From Felis catus (lineage: Eukaryota), in NCBI RefSeq assembly GCF_018350175.1, contig NC_058368.1, positions 141,796,001 to 141,860,000 on the forward strand: a stretch of 64,000 nt of DNA, read 5' to 3'. Made by a program: the position numbers and the translations under genes. The notes under the pieces are model-generated. The model saw only the letters and a list, made by a program, of their open reading frames with translations. It ran no database searches and was not told the DNA's origin. Below are positions 61,978 through 64,000 of this stretch, piece after piece; the first letter of the stretch is position 1; each line of letters opens with the position of its first letter.

Positions 61978-62405
61978 TTTTTAAAAATATTTATTTTTAA
62001 AATTTTTTTTAACGTTTATTTATTTTTGAGATAGAGAGAGACAGAGCATGAACGGGGGAGGGGCAGAGAGAGAGGGAGACACAGAATCGGAAACAGGCTC
62101 CAGGCTCTGAGCCATCAGCCCAGAGCCCAACGTGGGGCTCGAACTCACGGACCGCGAGATCGTGACCTGGCTGAAGTCGGACGCTTAACCGACTGCGCCA
62201 CCCAGGCGCCCCAATATTTATTTATTTTGAGAGAGAGAGATAGCAGGGGAGGAGCAGAGAGAGAGGGAGAGAAAGAATCCCAAGCAGGCCCTGTGCTGTC
62301 ATCACAGAGCCCAAGGCAGGGCTTGATCTCACGAACTGTGAGATCATGACCTGAGCCAACATCAAGAGTCACACACTTAATTGACTGAGCTACCCAGGCA
62401 ACCCT
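61978..62405 (-). mobile_element. Older CanSINE with a young SINEC_Fc-type copy (61997-62212) inserted in its tail
   Basis: Inner TSD aatatttattt at 61986-61996 and 62213-62223; inner copy retains CpGs. Confidence 0.95.
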
Positions 62406-64000
62406 CAAATTTCTTAAAGATATGACACAGTAACTTAAAGGTAAAAAAAAAAAAAATAGGGAGAAGTTACCTTACAATATTTTTAATCTACAAACTATTT
62501 TTTGTTAATTACCAAAAAGTATTGTGGCAGAGAGAATTAGAGAACCTTAAAAGCAAATAGTGATGACTGCTGACGTTCTCCTGAGTACCTGCATCTAGAA
62601 AAAAAGCCTTTGAAGAGTTTGCCTAATGAAGTACTCCTGTGGTCTGAAGGAGTATAAATCAGTCATCAGTGTCTTTTCAGGTCTTTTCCTCAAACTGTAA
62701 TATTAGAGTTCAAATTGCTAAAGCAGAAGCGATTAAAAACCTCACATTTACAAGAAAATGTGTAGGTCCTTTAGTTCAAGCGTTTTAAACTCCAGAGGGC
62801 ACAGAGCTCCCTGGGGGAGTTTTTTGGGTGTTGACTTTGAGGGCTCACCTTAAGAATTTCACCTTAAGAAATTGTGTGCCTAGACCGGTGGTTGCAGATT
62901 AGGAAACTGTGATTTGTGGCTGTTTGACAGTCACAAGGTCGCCCACTAGGTGCTTGTAGCAACCAGACCAGACAAGCCCACGCCTCCTGCCAGTCACACA
63001 GCCATTCTCTTTTCTCTTCAGCACCTGGTCCTTTTCTCTGAGATGGTTTTGGTTACAATGCTTTCCCTGTTGTTCACCTAGAACAAATGATGCCCCTTCC
63101 ATGGATAACTCCAGAGTAGCTTCACCCTCTTCCTTCCTCTCACGGAGTTCTGTACAACCATTCCAGTCTAGGAAATTAAAATCATGTTTATTGCATGAAA
63201 GTGCCCAGGTACAAACCTAGTCCTGGTTGGTTTGACGATGAGTGGTCTTGAAATTCTCAAGAACTCAGAGTGGGGGAGTGAGGGAGCAGGGGAAGGGGGG
63301 GGGTGCGTGTGGACTAGGTCATTATACATCCTAGTTCAGACTCGAGGCTTACAGCCCCATTGGTGGACCAACCTTAGATTTCAGCAGTTTGCTTCAAGTG
63401 AATTTACTTCCCAGGATCTGACCACATTGCCAGAAATTTCAGATTAGATCTAGATTTAAATAGTCATACTCAAAATTCTGGGTGGCTTTATTGTTTCTTG
63501 GTTGACATAAGTTGTCAGTTTATGCAGCTCTCTTGAAACCTAGCCAGACCAATCAGGTGGAGGCTTAATAATGCAGAGACATCTTGAAGTTTGTGCACCA
63601 AAGACAATCACTGAAGCTCTAAGAGTGATTCAGATATAAATAAATCTGTAAGTCTTCAGCAGAATTATTTAAAAACCTACCAAATATTCCTTGGTGGTAA
63701 CCCACCATACAAGGAGGCAGGGAGACCATGGGTAAGTATGATACACTCCATTCTGTGTGGAGTTCTGTCCTAAGGCCTCCATGAAATATTTTATTAAGTA
63801 ATGATAAAACCAACTTCTCTGAGCCTTGGTTTCCTCCCTGTAGAGTGTGAAGGAGGTCAAAAGCCCCAAAGCAGAAAGAGTGGGAAATAAAAAAAGCAGA
63901 AATCTGGCCAAGGAATACTAAAACCTCAGCCCCAAATAACTGACATATAGCACCTCTTTCAAATATCGAAAACTTCTTTACATTTTTAATTCTGTTTCAT

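Noticed and set aside
1..64000. Window-wide enrichment of TGATTTAY (PBX-HOX) motifs; CRISPR or prokaryotic-type systems
   Set aside because: Several such 8-mers are expected by chance in AT-rich DNA and some fall in repeats. The sequence is mammalian, with no regularly spaced repeat-spacer array or operon-like ORFs.

Overview
Mammalian non-coding DNA from a cat-family (Felidae, probably Felinae) genome. The assignment rests on about 30 tRNA-Lys-derived carnivore SINEs, including three CpG-intact copies of the young cat type, and on felid L1 3' ends. I find no supportable protein-coding gene, rRNA, functional tRNA or CRISPR array. The listed ORFs are SINE, L1 or microsatellite read-throughs or chance frames. 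Much of the window is interspersed repeat: CanSINE, L1 of several ages, L2, MIR, CR1/L3, MLT1/ERVL/ERV1 LTRs, MER5 and a TA-flanked MITE. Between these lie repeat-free, homeobox/SOX-motif-rich blocks and an orphan CpG island at about 53.2-54.0 kb. The overall picture is a gene desert or large intron of a developmental regulatory landscape, but the locus cannot be named from sequence alone. Best leads: (1) two independently inserted, inverted L1 copies sharing non-consensus substitutions, suggesting gene conversion; (2) a bipartite orphan CpG island with an AT-rich motif core; (3) a perfect 16-bp inverted repeat carrying two SOX sites; (4) a perfect 66-bp palindrome replacing a SINE body; (5) an L1>MITE>SINE+SINE nest with a triplicated target site; (6) an old LTR that is unexpectedly CpG-rich. 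I do not see evidence for a wholly new biological system. Repeat subfamily names are from visual recognition, and boundaries without a target-site duplication (TSD) are approximate.
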